From positions 366,948 through 406,947 of the forward strand of contig CAWFFN010000005.1 of the NCBI GenBank assembly GCA_963815115.1: DNA of 40,000 bases, given 5' to 3'. Below, one piece after another: positions 26,408 through 34,223 of the stretch (position 1 is its first letter; each line of letters begins with the position of its first letter). The position numbers and the translations under genes were made by a program. This stretch comes from an uncultured delta proteobacterium. GTDB taxonomy: Bacteria; Desulfobacterota; Binatia; DP-6. Under the pieces are notes generated by a model. It was not told where the DNA came from. It did not search any database and saw nothing but the letters and a program-made list of their open reading frames with translations.

Positions 26408-27652
26408 TCACGGCTCGAACCGTCGCACGACGAGCGTCGAGTTGTTTCCTCCGAAGGCGAAGGAGTTGCTCAGTGCCGTCCGGATCTCCTGGCTGCGGCT
26501 CGCGTTCGGCACGTAGTCGAGGTCGCAGTCGGGATCGGGCACGTCGTAGTGCAGGGTCGGGGGAACCACCCCTCTCCGCACCGCGAGACAGCAGATGGCC
26601 GCCTCGAGCGCAGCCGATGCCCCGGCGGTGTGGCCCACGATGGACTTCGTCGAGCTCACCGGGATCGCGTGGGCGCGCGCGCCGCACACCCGTTTGATGG
26701 CGAGGGTCTCGATGTGGTCGTTCAGGTACGTCCCGGTCCCGTGGGCATTGATGTAGTCGACCTCGTCCACGCCGATTCCCGCGTCGTCCAGCGCCCGCTG
26801 CATCGCCAGCGCCATGCCGTGGCCGTCCGGATCGGGCGACGTGATGTGGTGCGCGTCGCAGCTGGCACCGAACCCGGCGATCTCCGCAAGCGGCTCCGCC
26901 CCGCGGGCGACGGCGGAGCGGAGCGTCTCGAGGACCAGGAAGGCGGCCCCGATGCCCGGGGTGAACCCCATGCGCTCCTTGGTGAACGGCCTGCACGGCT
27001 GCGGATCGATCACCCCGAGGCGATATGCCCCGACCAGCCCGGATGCCTGGATGGCCTCCCACCCTCCCGCCAGCATGCAGTCGGCCTGCCCGGTGCGCAG
27101 CAGGTCGACCGCGTGCCCGAGGGCGAAGTTGCTCGAGGCGCACGCCAGGGAGAACACCATGCTCGGACCACGCAGCCCGAAGCGGCGGGTCAGCAGCCGT
27201 GCCACCGCGGGAAACGGATAGGCGGCGAGCGTCCCGGCGGGCAGGTCGGGGAGCCCCCCGGCGCGGCGGCGGCGCACGAGCTGCTCGAGGAGGCCGAGCT
27301 GGCCGAAGTTGCTCCCCAGCGAGAGCCCCACGGCCGCCCCGTCGCGTTCGAGACCGGCGTCCCGCAGCGCCTCTCGGGCGGCGATCACGGGTTGGGCCGC
27401 GAAGAGCTCACCATCGGCGAGCGCCACGTCGTGCGCGGACGCGTAGGCGTCGATCTCCTCGATCGCGGGTGCCCCCACGTATCCGGTGTACTCGCCCGGG
27501 TCGAAGCCGTAGCGCGCGAACGTGGCCGCGAGCTCCGCCGCCGGTCGCAAGCTCGTCCTGCCCTCCACGATGGCGTTCCAGAGCGGCGCCTGCCCGATCC
27601 CGGCGGGCGAGACGATGCCCATTCCCGTCACGATGATGGGTTGGCCGTCCAT
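26408..27652 (-). CDS. Beta-ketoacyl-ACP synthase, KS-3
   Basis: 414 aa. Motifs: IIVTGMGIVSPAG, active-site SLACASSN, NAHGTGTYLND, STKSIVGHTAGASA, FAFGGNNSTLVV. Confidence 0.9.
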   Translation of the reverse strand: MDGQPIIVTGMGIVSPAGIGQAPLWNAIVEGRTSLRPAAELAATFARYGFDPGEYTGYVGAPAIEEIDAYASAHDVALADGELFAAQPVIAAREALRDAGLERDGAAVGLSLGSNFGQLGLLEQLVRRRRAGGLPDLPAGTLAAYPFPAVARLLTRRFGLRGPSMVFSLACASSNFALGHAVDLLRTGQADCMLAGGWEAIQASGLVGAYRLGVIDPQPCRPFTKERMGFTPGIGAAFLVLETLRSAVARGAEPLAEIAGFGASCDAHHITSPDPDGHGMALAMQRALDDAGIGVDEVDYINAHGTGTYLNDHIETLAIKRVCGARAHAIPVSSTKSIVGHTAGASAALEAAICCLAVRRGVVPPTLHYDVPDPDCDLDYVPNASRSQEIRTALSNSFAFGGNNSTLVVRRFEP

Positions 27653-27662
27653 CCGGCTCCTG

Positions 27663-28397
27663 TCATTCGAGAAGATCGACGAGCTTCTTCTTCACGAGCG
27701 GGCGCGAGACCAGCGAGGCGAACAGCTTCGCCTCACGCTCCGCGTCCACCTCGTTCACCAGCTCCAGGGCGGCGAGGGCCGCAGCCGGCTCCGCGCGCGC
27801 GATCGCGCCTGCCAGCCTGCGCGTCTCCTCGGCCACCTGATCCGGTGCGACGCACCGGTTGACGAGCCCGATGCGATGAGCCTCCGGCGCGCTGACCGTC
27901 TGCCCGCTCAGGATCATCTCGAGCGCCTTCGCGCGTCCGACGAGCCGCGCCAGGCGGCCGATGCCGCCCAGAGCCGGCACGAAGCCGAGCGACAGCTCGG
28001 GAAACCCGAAGCGCGCCCGGCTTCCGCACACGCGCAGGTGGCAGGCGAGCGCGATCTCGAGTCCCCCGCCGAGGCAGAGCCCGTTGACGGCCGCGATGAA
28101 CGGCTTCGGGAGGCCGAAGAACTCGTCGAGCAGCGCGCGGCCGGCCCGGGCCTGTCGCTCCGCCTCGTCGGCGGACGGAAAGCGTGCGATCGCACTCAGG
28201 TCGCCGCCGACGGAGAACACCCGGGGCAGGCCGGTGACGATGACGACGCGCACGGTGCTCGCGGCGACGATCGGCCGCGCCTCCTCGAGCTGCGCGAAGA
28301 GCGCCGGGGTCAGCGCATTCACGGGCGGGTTGTCGAGCCGCACGACGGCCGTGCTGCCCTCGACCACCGTCTCGACCAGCCTCCGCGGATCAGCCAT
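27663..28397 (-). CDS. Enoyl-CoA hydratase/isomerase (crotonase) family protein, ECH-2
   Basis: 244 aa. Motifs FSVGGDL and AAVNGLCLGGGLEIALACHLRV. It overlaps the upstream gene by 8 nt. Confidence 0.9.
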   Translation of the reverse strand: MADPRRLVETVVEGSTAVVRLDNPPVNALTPALFAQLEEARPIVAASTVRVVIVTGLPRVFSVGGDLSAIARFPSADEAERQARAGRALLDEFFGLPKPFIAAVNGLCLGGGLEIALACHLRVCGSRARFGFPELSLGFVPALGGIGRLARLVGRAKALEMILSGQTVSAPEAHRIGLVNRCVAPDQVAEETRRLAGAIARAEPAAALAALELVNEVDAEREAKLFASLVSRPLVKKKLVDLLE

Positions 28398-29559
28398 CGT
28401 CCCTGCGCACGCGCTCCAGCAGGGAGCGCGTGGGTTGGTAGCGACCGCCGAGGCTCGCCTCCAGCGCGGCCAACCTGGGCTCCAGGAGCGTCGGGTCGAG
28501 CTCCCGGATCTTCTCGAGCGGGCCCTCGTCCGTTCCGACGACCTCGCGCAGGATGGCGTCGATCTCGTCGCGCTCGCCCAGACCCTGGGTGAGACAGCAG
28601 AGATACTCGTCGATGAGTCGCAGCCAGATCCGCCCGGGGATGTCCTCTCCCGGCTCGGGCCGCGGCGCGACGTCCGATTCCGCGAGCAGGGCGAGCAGAC
28701 GCGGGTTCGCTCCCCGACCCCGGTCTCCGTACAGGAAGATCCCGCTCTTGCTCTTCCGTCCCAGGTGGCCCTCGGCGCGCAGCGTGCTCAGGATGCGGCG
28801 GACGCCGCCGTCGTCGGCGGCCAGCGAGGATCCCTCCCCGGTGAAGACGTCGAGGGCGACGTCGATGCCGACGAGATCGAGTGTCGACAGCGGGCCCAGC
28901 GACATCCCCGCGTCCGTCATCTGCGCGTCGACGGCGGCAGGGGCGGCGCCTCCCGCGCACACGGCCAGGCCCTCCGCGATGTAGCCCGCGAGGAGGCGAT
29001 TCACGACCGAGCGCCGGACCACGAAGGGGCGCTTGCCGAGCGAGCGACACCAGGCCGCGATGTCCGCCACCGCCGACGGCGCCGTCCGCGAAGCGGGAAT
29101 GATCTCGACCACCGTGGTCAGCCTGACGGGCGCGAGGAAGTGCGTGCCGACGAAACGCGCCGCGGCGGGAAGACCGTCGCCGAGCACCTCCAACGAGAGC
29201 TCGGACGTGGTCGAGGTCAGGATGGTGCGCTCGGGACAGGCGCGCGACAGCTCCGAGAGGACCCGGCGCTTGGCGGTCGGATCCTCCGCGACCGCTTCCA
29301 CGGCGATGTCGACGTCCCGAAAGTCGGAAAGGTCCTGCGTGACGCGTACCCGATCGAGGAGCTCCGCCACCGTCGAGGCCGCCAGCCGGCCGTGGTCGCG
29401 TCGCCGCTCCAGCCGCCGGCGGACCCCGGCCCGGAAGGCCGCGCCCGATTCGGGCCGCCGCGCGAACAGCGTGAGCGGCATGCCCCGGTCGGCCAGCAGA
29501 TCCGCGAGACCGCCGCCGATCTGTCCGAGGCCGACGATCCCCACCCGCTGCCTAGTCAA
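28390..29559 (-). CDS. 3-hydroxyacyl-CoA dehydrogenase family protein (extended C-terminus)
   Basis: N-terminal Rossmann VGIVGLGQIGGG, then FVGTHFLAPVRLTTVVEIIP and GPLSTLDLVGIDV. The TTG start at 29559 overlaps the ACP-2 stop by 8 nt; an alternative GTG lies 5 codons in. Confidence 0.85.
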   Translation of the reverse strand: MTRQRVGIVGLGQIGGGLADLLADRGMPLTLFARRPESGAAFRAGVRRRLERRRDHGRLAASTVAELLDRVRVTQDLSDFRDVDIAVEAVAEDPTAKRRVLSELSRACPERTILTSTTSELSLEVLGDGLPAAARFVGTHFLAPVRLTTVVEIIPASRTAPSAVADIAAWCRSLGKRPFVVRRSVVNRLLAGYIAEGLAVCAGGAAPAAVDAQMTDAGMSLGPLSTLDLVGIDVALDVFTGEGSSLAADDGGVRRILSTLRAEGHLGRKSKSGIFLYGDRGRGANPRLLALLAESDVAPRPEPGEDIPGRIWLRLIDEYLCCLTQGLGERDEIDAILREVVGTDEGPLEKIRELDPTLLEPRLAALEASLGGRYQPTRSLLERVRRDDG

Positions 29560-29878
29560 TCTCGACCTCGCCCCGGAGGATCCGCGTGATCAGGTCGATC
29601 AGCTCTCCCAGCGTCTCCACCGGGTTGCGGCGCCCGAAGCGCGCCAGCTTCCGGGTGTCGACCGTGATCTCGTACTGTCCCTGGAGCTCCTCGAACAGGG
29701 CGAGGAAGAGCAGCGAATCGAGCCCGAGATCGTCGAACAGGTGCGCCTCGTCGCGCATCTCGGCGATGTCGCGTTCCAGCTCGTCGGCGAGGAAGCGCTT
29801 CACCTGCGCGCTCACCTGCGCACGCTCCGCGGAGCGCGCGGGGCCGCCGACGTACGTCGAGCTGCTCTCGTCCGACAT
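29552..29878 (-). CDS. Acyl carrier protein, ACP-2
   Basis: ATG 29878 is preceded by AGGAGG. The product is 108 aa with the motif DDLGLDSLLFLALF. Confidence 0.85.
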   Translation of the reverse strand: MSDESSSTYVGGPARSAERAQVSAQVKRFLADELERDIAEMRDEAHLFDDLGLDSLLFLALFEELQGQYEITVDTRKLARFGRRNPVETLGELIDLITRILRGEVEID

Positions 29879-29894
29879 GGGTCCTCCTGCGCGT

Positions 29895-31118
29895 CTACTG
29901 GAGCGACTCGCTCCTCCTGACGACGAGGCTCGCGGCGCGGTCGCAGTCGAAGCTGTTGACGACCGCGGTCCGGACCGCATGGGGCACGCTGCGACCGCGC
30001 ACGTGCGCCGGCACGATGCAGTCCGGGTCCTCGTCCTCGCAGTTCACGGTCGGCGGAACGCGGTCGTGCTGGGCGGCGAGCAGACAGGCGACGACCTGGA
30101 GCATGCCGGAGGCGGCGCCGGCATCGCCGAGCATCGACTTGATGGCGCTGGTGCGAAGTCGGCGCGGCTCGGCGGCGAACAGCCGCCGGAGCGCCATGGC
30201 TTCACCGCGATCGCCGGACGGGGACGAGCCGGCGCCGGCCGCGACCCAGTCGACCTCGTCGGCACCGGTGCCGGCCGCCGCCAGAGCCCGCTGCATTGCC
30301 TCGGCGATGGCCTCTGCCGTCGCGAGGACCTCCTCGCCCGTCTCGACGGGCACGCTGCCGTACCCCGCGACCTCGCCGTACACCCGGGCACCGCGGCCCC
30401 GCGCGGCCTCGGCGCTCTCGAGGACGAGGACTCCGCAGCCCTCGGCGAGGATGAGCCCGCGCCGCCGCCGGTCGAACGGACGCGGCGCCATGGTGTCTCC
30501 GAGCACGCCCGTGCGCCAGAACCCCTCGACGAGGGGCGGAGACAGCACCTCGAGGCCGCCGACCAGGAGGGCGCGGGCGCGCCCGCAGCGCAGCGCGGTG
30601 AGTCCGTGCTGGAGCGCGTCCAGCGACGAGGTGGCGCCGTTGGTCACGGTCGTGTTGAGACCCCGGATGCCGAAGCGAATCGCCAGATTGCCGCCGGCGA
30701 TGTTGATGAACAGGTTGGGAAAGCGCAGCGCATTCGTGCGCTCGCCCGGCGAGAGCAGGCTCTCGTAGAAGCCGACGCAGTCCCCGACGTTGCTGAAGCT
30801 CGATGCGACCACCACCCCGATGTCCTCGGCCGCGTCGGGAGAGATCTCCAGGCGTGCGTCCCGCCGCGCGAGCTCGGCCGTGCACAGGAGGAGCCGGGTC
30901 GCGTCGTTCAGGTACTTGAGCCCTTTCGACCCGATGATGTCCTCGGGCCGGAACTCGCCGAGCTGCCCCGCGTAGCGATAGGCCTCGGGCAGCGCCTCGA
31001 GCCCTGCGATCGGCCTCACGGCGAGCCGACCTTCGGCCAGACCGTCCCAGAAGGCGTCGCGACCGACGCCGAGCGGACTGATCACTCCGATGCCCGAGAT
31101 CACGACGCGGTCACCCAT
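29895..31118 (-). CDS. Ketosynthase-like protein lacking the catalytic Cys (CLF-like), third copy
   Basis: 407 aa. N-terminus is VVISGIGVISPLG. TNGATSSLDAL aligns to the KS active site (Cys to Ala), and the His motifs are absent (AAGAGSSPSGD). Confidence 0.85.
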   Translation of the reverse strand: MGDRVVISGIGVISPLGVGRDAFWDGLAEGRLAVRPIAGLEALPEAYRYAGQLGEFRPEDIIGSKGLKYLNDATRLLLCTAELARRDARLEISPDAAEDIGVVVASSFSNVGDCVGFYESLLSPGERTNALRFPNLFINIAGGNLAIRFGIRGLNTTVTNGATSSLDALQHGLTALRCGRARALLVGGLEVLSPPLVEGFWRTGVLGDTMAPRPFDRRRRGLILAEGCGVLVLESAEAARGRGARVYGEVAGYGSVPVETGEEVLATAEAIAEAMQRALAAAGTGADEVDWVAAGAGSSPSGDRGEAMALRRLFAAEPRRLRTSAIKSMLGDAGAASGMLQVVACLLAAQHDRVPPTVNCEDEDPDCIVPAHVRGRSVPHAVRTAVVNSFDCDRAASLVVRRSESLQ

Positions 31119-31121
31119 GGA

Positions 31122-32489
31122 TCAGTACCGCTCCCGCTCGTCCACGAGGCGGCGCAGCTTGCGCTCCTGGAGCAGCGCCCCGCGCGGCACCGCGGTGAAC
31201 CGGAGGTCGAAGAGCCCGAGCTGGTAGTCCTTCCACGTGGTCTCGAACTTCGCGCGCAGCACGTCCTTGAACCGCTGGGCGACCTCTGCCACGTCGCCGC
31301 CGTCGAGCTCGAGCCGCAGCTCGCACACGTCCTGGTGCCCGTCGCGCCGGATGGCCACCTGCCAGGTTCCCGACGCCTGCGGGACGTCGTTCAGGATGGC
31401 CTCGAACAGCGCGGGGTGTACCCCTTCGCCTCCCAGCATGACGATCTCGTCGCTTCGGCCCCGCAGCGGTGACAGCCGCCGCGTGACGATCCCGCAGTCG
31501 CACGGCTCGGAGACGAGCCTGGCGACGTCGCCCACGCGGTAGCGGATGAGCGGCATGGTGGTGCGATCGAGCGTGGTGAAGACCACTTCGCCATTGCCGT
31601 CCGCGTCCGGGTCGACGATCTCGAAGAGGAAGCTGAACTCGTTCAGGTGGTATCCGGACCGGAACCGGCACTCCATCCCACCGGCTCCTTCCGTGCACCC
31701 GTAGCACATGAACATGCGGGCGCCCCAGACTTCTTCGATGAACTGCCGCGAGCGTTGCGGCAGGCCCTCGCTGGCGCCGACGATCAGCCGCAGCGGCGAG
31801 GCCCCCTGCTCACGCGCCAGCTGGGTGAGGCGGAGGATCCACGACACGTCGCCGATCAGCACGTCGTAGCGATGCTCGGCCAGACGCCGGTAGACCTCGG
31901 CAGGGGGAATCTTGCCGGGAAAGGCGCCGAAGGCACCGAGCTTGGTGACGGCGCGGGCGAACCAGGGACCGCCGTTCCAGTAGTGGTAGTCCGAGGTGCT
32001 GATCACACGGTCGCTCGGGCGAATCCCGACGTGATAGAGGCCAACGGCCATGAGGCTGGTCGCCGCCTCCACCTCTTCGTGCGAGTAGTATATCGTCTTC
32101 CTGCGCTGGGCCGTGCCGCTGGTCTCGTAGAGCACCTGGGGAGGTCGGCAGAGGAAGTCTTCCGCCGGATGGTCGAGGAGATCCTGCGGCGTCGTGAACA
32201 GGTCGCCCAGCTCGGCCGGATGCGACACGGTCGCCGGGTCGACGCCGTGGCGCTGGAAGAGCCGCCGGTAGAACGGCGAGTGGCGGGCGGCGTGGAGCAG
32301 CGTCCGCCGGAGCTTCCAGGCCTGGATGCTGTGCAACGTCGCCGGCGAGCTGGCGCGTGCGGCGAGGCGGTAGGCGGCCTCGACGGACCGTCCGTTGACC
32401 AGGCTCGCCACCGTGCTGGCCACCCCGCCGACGATCCAGTGTCGCCACATGGGCTCTCCACGCCGCGCCGGCGCGGGCTGGGCGGTCAT
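31122..32489 (-). CDS. Phenylacetate-CoA-ligase-family (PaaK/CapK/F390-synthetase-like) adenylate-forming enzyme
   Basis: Family blocks: FYRRLFQRHGVDP, YETSGTAQRRKTIYYS, MCYGCTEGAG, PLIRYRVGDVARL, and GRSDEIVMLGGEGVHP. The ATG at 32489 forms an ATGA overlap with the upstream ORF; an alternative ATG is at 32450. Confidence 0.85.
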   Translation of the reverse strand: MTAQPAPARRGEPMWRHWIVGGVASTVASLVNGRSVEAAYRLAARASSPATLHSIQAWKLRRTLLHAARHSPFYRRLFQRHGVDPATVSHPAELGDLFTTPQDLLDHPAEDFLCRPPQVLYETSGTAQRRKTIYYSHEEVEAATSLMAVGLYHVGIRPSDRVISTSDYHYWNGGPWFARAVTKLGAFGAFPGKIPPAEVYRRLAEHRYDVLIGDVSWILRLTQLAREQGASPLRLIVGASEGLPQRSRQFIEEVWGARMFMCYGCTEGAGGMECRFRSGYHLNEFSFLFEIVDPDADGNGEVVFTTLDRTTMPLIRYRVGDVARLVSEPCDCGIVTRRLSPLRGRSDEIVMLGGEGVHPALFEAILNDVPQASGTWQVAIRRDGHQDVCELRLELDGGDVAEVAQRFKDVLRAKFETTWKDYQLGLFDLRFTAVPRGALLQERKLRRLVDERERY

Positions 32490-32836
32490 CGGGGCGACCC
32501 CCGCTCCCAGTAGTTGACGGTTGCCGTGGCGAGCGCGAGGGCGTCGCCGAGCGCGCACCGCTCCGAGCGCAGGACCGCGACCCACTCGGGCCGGAAGGTC
32601 CGATCACCCGGCCCGAACCGCTCCCAGACCGCGGTCATGCGCTCGGCCGTCGCGTCCGACTCGGCCTCGACGAGGTCGTCCCGCTCGGCCACGAGCTGGA
32701 GCCCGCGGATCGCCTCGTCGATCTGCAGCAGCTCGGCCTGCGCGAGCGCGCCGGCGCGCATCGCGGCCAGGCAGATCAGCGCAAAGAGCACGAGGTCGTG
32801 CTCGCCCTGCGCGGCGGCCTGATCGCGATTCGGCAT
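32486..32836 (-). CDS. Hypothetical protein (116 aa)
   Basis: This is the last 116 codons of track ORF 32486..34366, starting at ATG 32836 (MPNRDQAAAQGEHDLVLFALICLAAMRAG...). It has good GC3 bias and is translationally coupled on its 3' side. I recognise no family. Confidence 0.6.
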   Translation of the reverse strand: MPNRDQAAAQGEHDLVLFALICLAAMRAGALAQAELLQIDEAIRGLQLVAERDDLVEAESDATAERMTAVWERFGPGDRTFRPEWVAVLRSERCALGDALALATATVNYWERGSPR

Positions 32837-32841
32837 GTCGC

Positions 32842-34011
32842 TCAGGTGCGGCTGCGCTCGGTCGCCTCGATCCAGCGTTCGAGCATGCTGCGCTGCCGGA
32901 ACAGATCGTGCTCCGGGCGTGCATCGACGCCGTTCACGATCGGATGCTTGAAGAAGAGCGACAGCTGCTCCTGCGGCCCGGCGGCCCCGGCGCGCGCGGC
33001 CCGGTCGAGCAGGCGCGCCGCATCGATCGCGAGCGGGGCGGCCAGCACCGAGTCCCCGCCCAGGAGATTCACCTTGAGCTGCATCGGGACACCGCAGAAC
33101 CCGATGAAATCGATGTTGTCCCACGATTCCTTGAAGTCGCCGCGCGGGCCATAGTACCGGATGTCGACGATGTGGTTCTCGACCGGGTAGCCGAGGATGG
33201 CGTCCAGGACGCCGAGCTTGTTGTGGAGCTTCTCCACGGCGCGCTGCGGATGCGAGAGATTCTCGCCATCGGCGTTCCCGAGGTAGTTGGCGCTGATCCA
33301 GCCACGGACCTGGAGCCCGCGCAGCGCGAACATGGGTGCGAGCACGGTCTTCAGCAGCGTCTGACCGGTCTTGCCGTCCTTGCCGCAGAAGGGCGTGCGC
33401 TCGCGTCGCGCCAGCGCACGCAAGGCCGGCAGCTCGGCGCTCACGTTCGAAGTGAAGTTCAGGTACGGAATCCTGTTCGAGAGCGCCAGCCACGCATACA
33501 CCATCGACGGTGTGATCGCGGGGTCGTCGGTGAGGAGCGCCCGCTCGAATGCGTCGAGGTCGTCGTGGACGTCGGATGCGACGGGCGTCTCCACCGCGGG
33601 CAGGACGTCGACCAGGACCAGGTCGTGGCCGCCGGCGCGGAGGGTTCGCAGGTGCTCGCGAGCGCTGCGCAACGCGTCGGCGCGGCGTCCGGCGATTGCG
33701 GGCAGCGGGCGCGTCTGCTCCAGCTCGGCCGCCACGGTCCGGACGAGCTCCGGAGGCACGACGCCCTTCTCGCGCACCGACTCCACCAGCGGCCGCGTGT
33801 CGAGGTCCCAGCCCATGACGTGGATGGAGGAGAGCGGCGCGAGCCCGAGTCGGGTAGCGGGCGACGTGGCGGGCCCCGAGCCGGGCGGCCAGGGAAGCTC
33901 GGTCAAGAGTCCGGCGGGGTCGGCGTGACGCTGGAGCCCCGCGAGCCCCGCGGCGATGGTGGTCCCGATGCACCCCGAGATTCCCGCTACGGCGAGCGTC
34001 AGCCCCTTCAT
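32842..34011 (-). CDS. Myo-inositol-1-phosphate synthase (MIPS) family protein
   Basis: ATG 34011 (MKGLTLAVAGISGCIGTTIAAG). GKDGKTGQTLLKTVLAPMF and WISANYLGNADGENLSHP match the conserved MIPS blocks (GQTKxKSVLAxFL; SYNHLGNNDGxNLSxP). Confidence 0.85.
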   Translation of the reverse strand: MKGLTLAVAGISGCIGTTIAAGLAGLQRHADPAGLLTELPWPPGSGPATSPATRLGLAPLSSIHVMGWDLDTRPLVESVREKGVVPPELVRTVAAELEQTRPLPAIAGRRADALRSAREHLRTLRAGGHDLVLVDVLPAVETPVASDVHDDLDAFERALLTDDPAITPSMVYAWLALSNRIPYLNFTSNVSAELPALRALARRERTPFCGKDGKTGQTLLKTVLAPMFALRGLQVRGWISANYLGNADGENLSHPQRAVEKLHNKLGVLDAILGYPVENHIVDIRYYGPRGDFKESWDNIDFIGFCGVPMQLKVNLLGGDSVLAAPLAIDAARLLDRAARAGAAGPQEQLSLFFKHPIVNGVDARPEHDLFRQRSMLERWIEATERSRT

Positions 34012-34223
34012 CCACCTGTCCCGTCTGGCTTCGCTTCTCCGCTTCCGAACGACCACGGCCGCGTCCCTGCCAGCGGACCCGGCCCTCGTCTCCCGGCGCA
34101 CCTTGCACGCGGTGATGGGTATTGGCAACACTCGCAGGCGGGGGATGAGACGGTCGGGCGGAGGAGGGCGAGCCGGCCGTCGGTTTCCGGGCCTGCTGGG
34201 CTTCTGGTATCAGCCAGGCCAGC
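34012..34223. promoter_or_regulatory. Divergent intergenic region (cluster operon to the left, ABC export operon to the right)
   Basis: A 212-nt gap between divergent start codons at 34011 (-) and 34224 (+). The promoters are inferred from position only; I found no convincing consensus hexamers. Confidence 0.3.

Noticed and set aside
10681-34011. Calling the cluster a ladderane, aryl-polyene or carotenoid cluster outright
   Set aside because: The gene mix only partially resembles each. Ladderane genetics are unproven and known only from anammox Planctomycetes, which as far as I recall are much less GC-rich than this DNA. No ammonia-lyase, LolA-like or glycosyltransferase genes typical of aryl-polyene loci are present. 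No crtB/crtE is present. Identity cannot be assigned from sequence alone.
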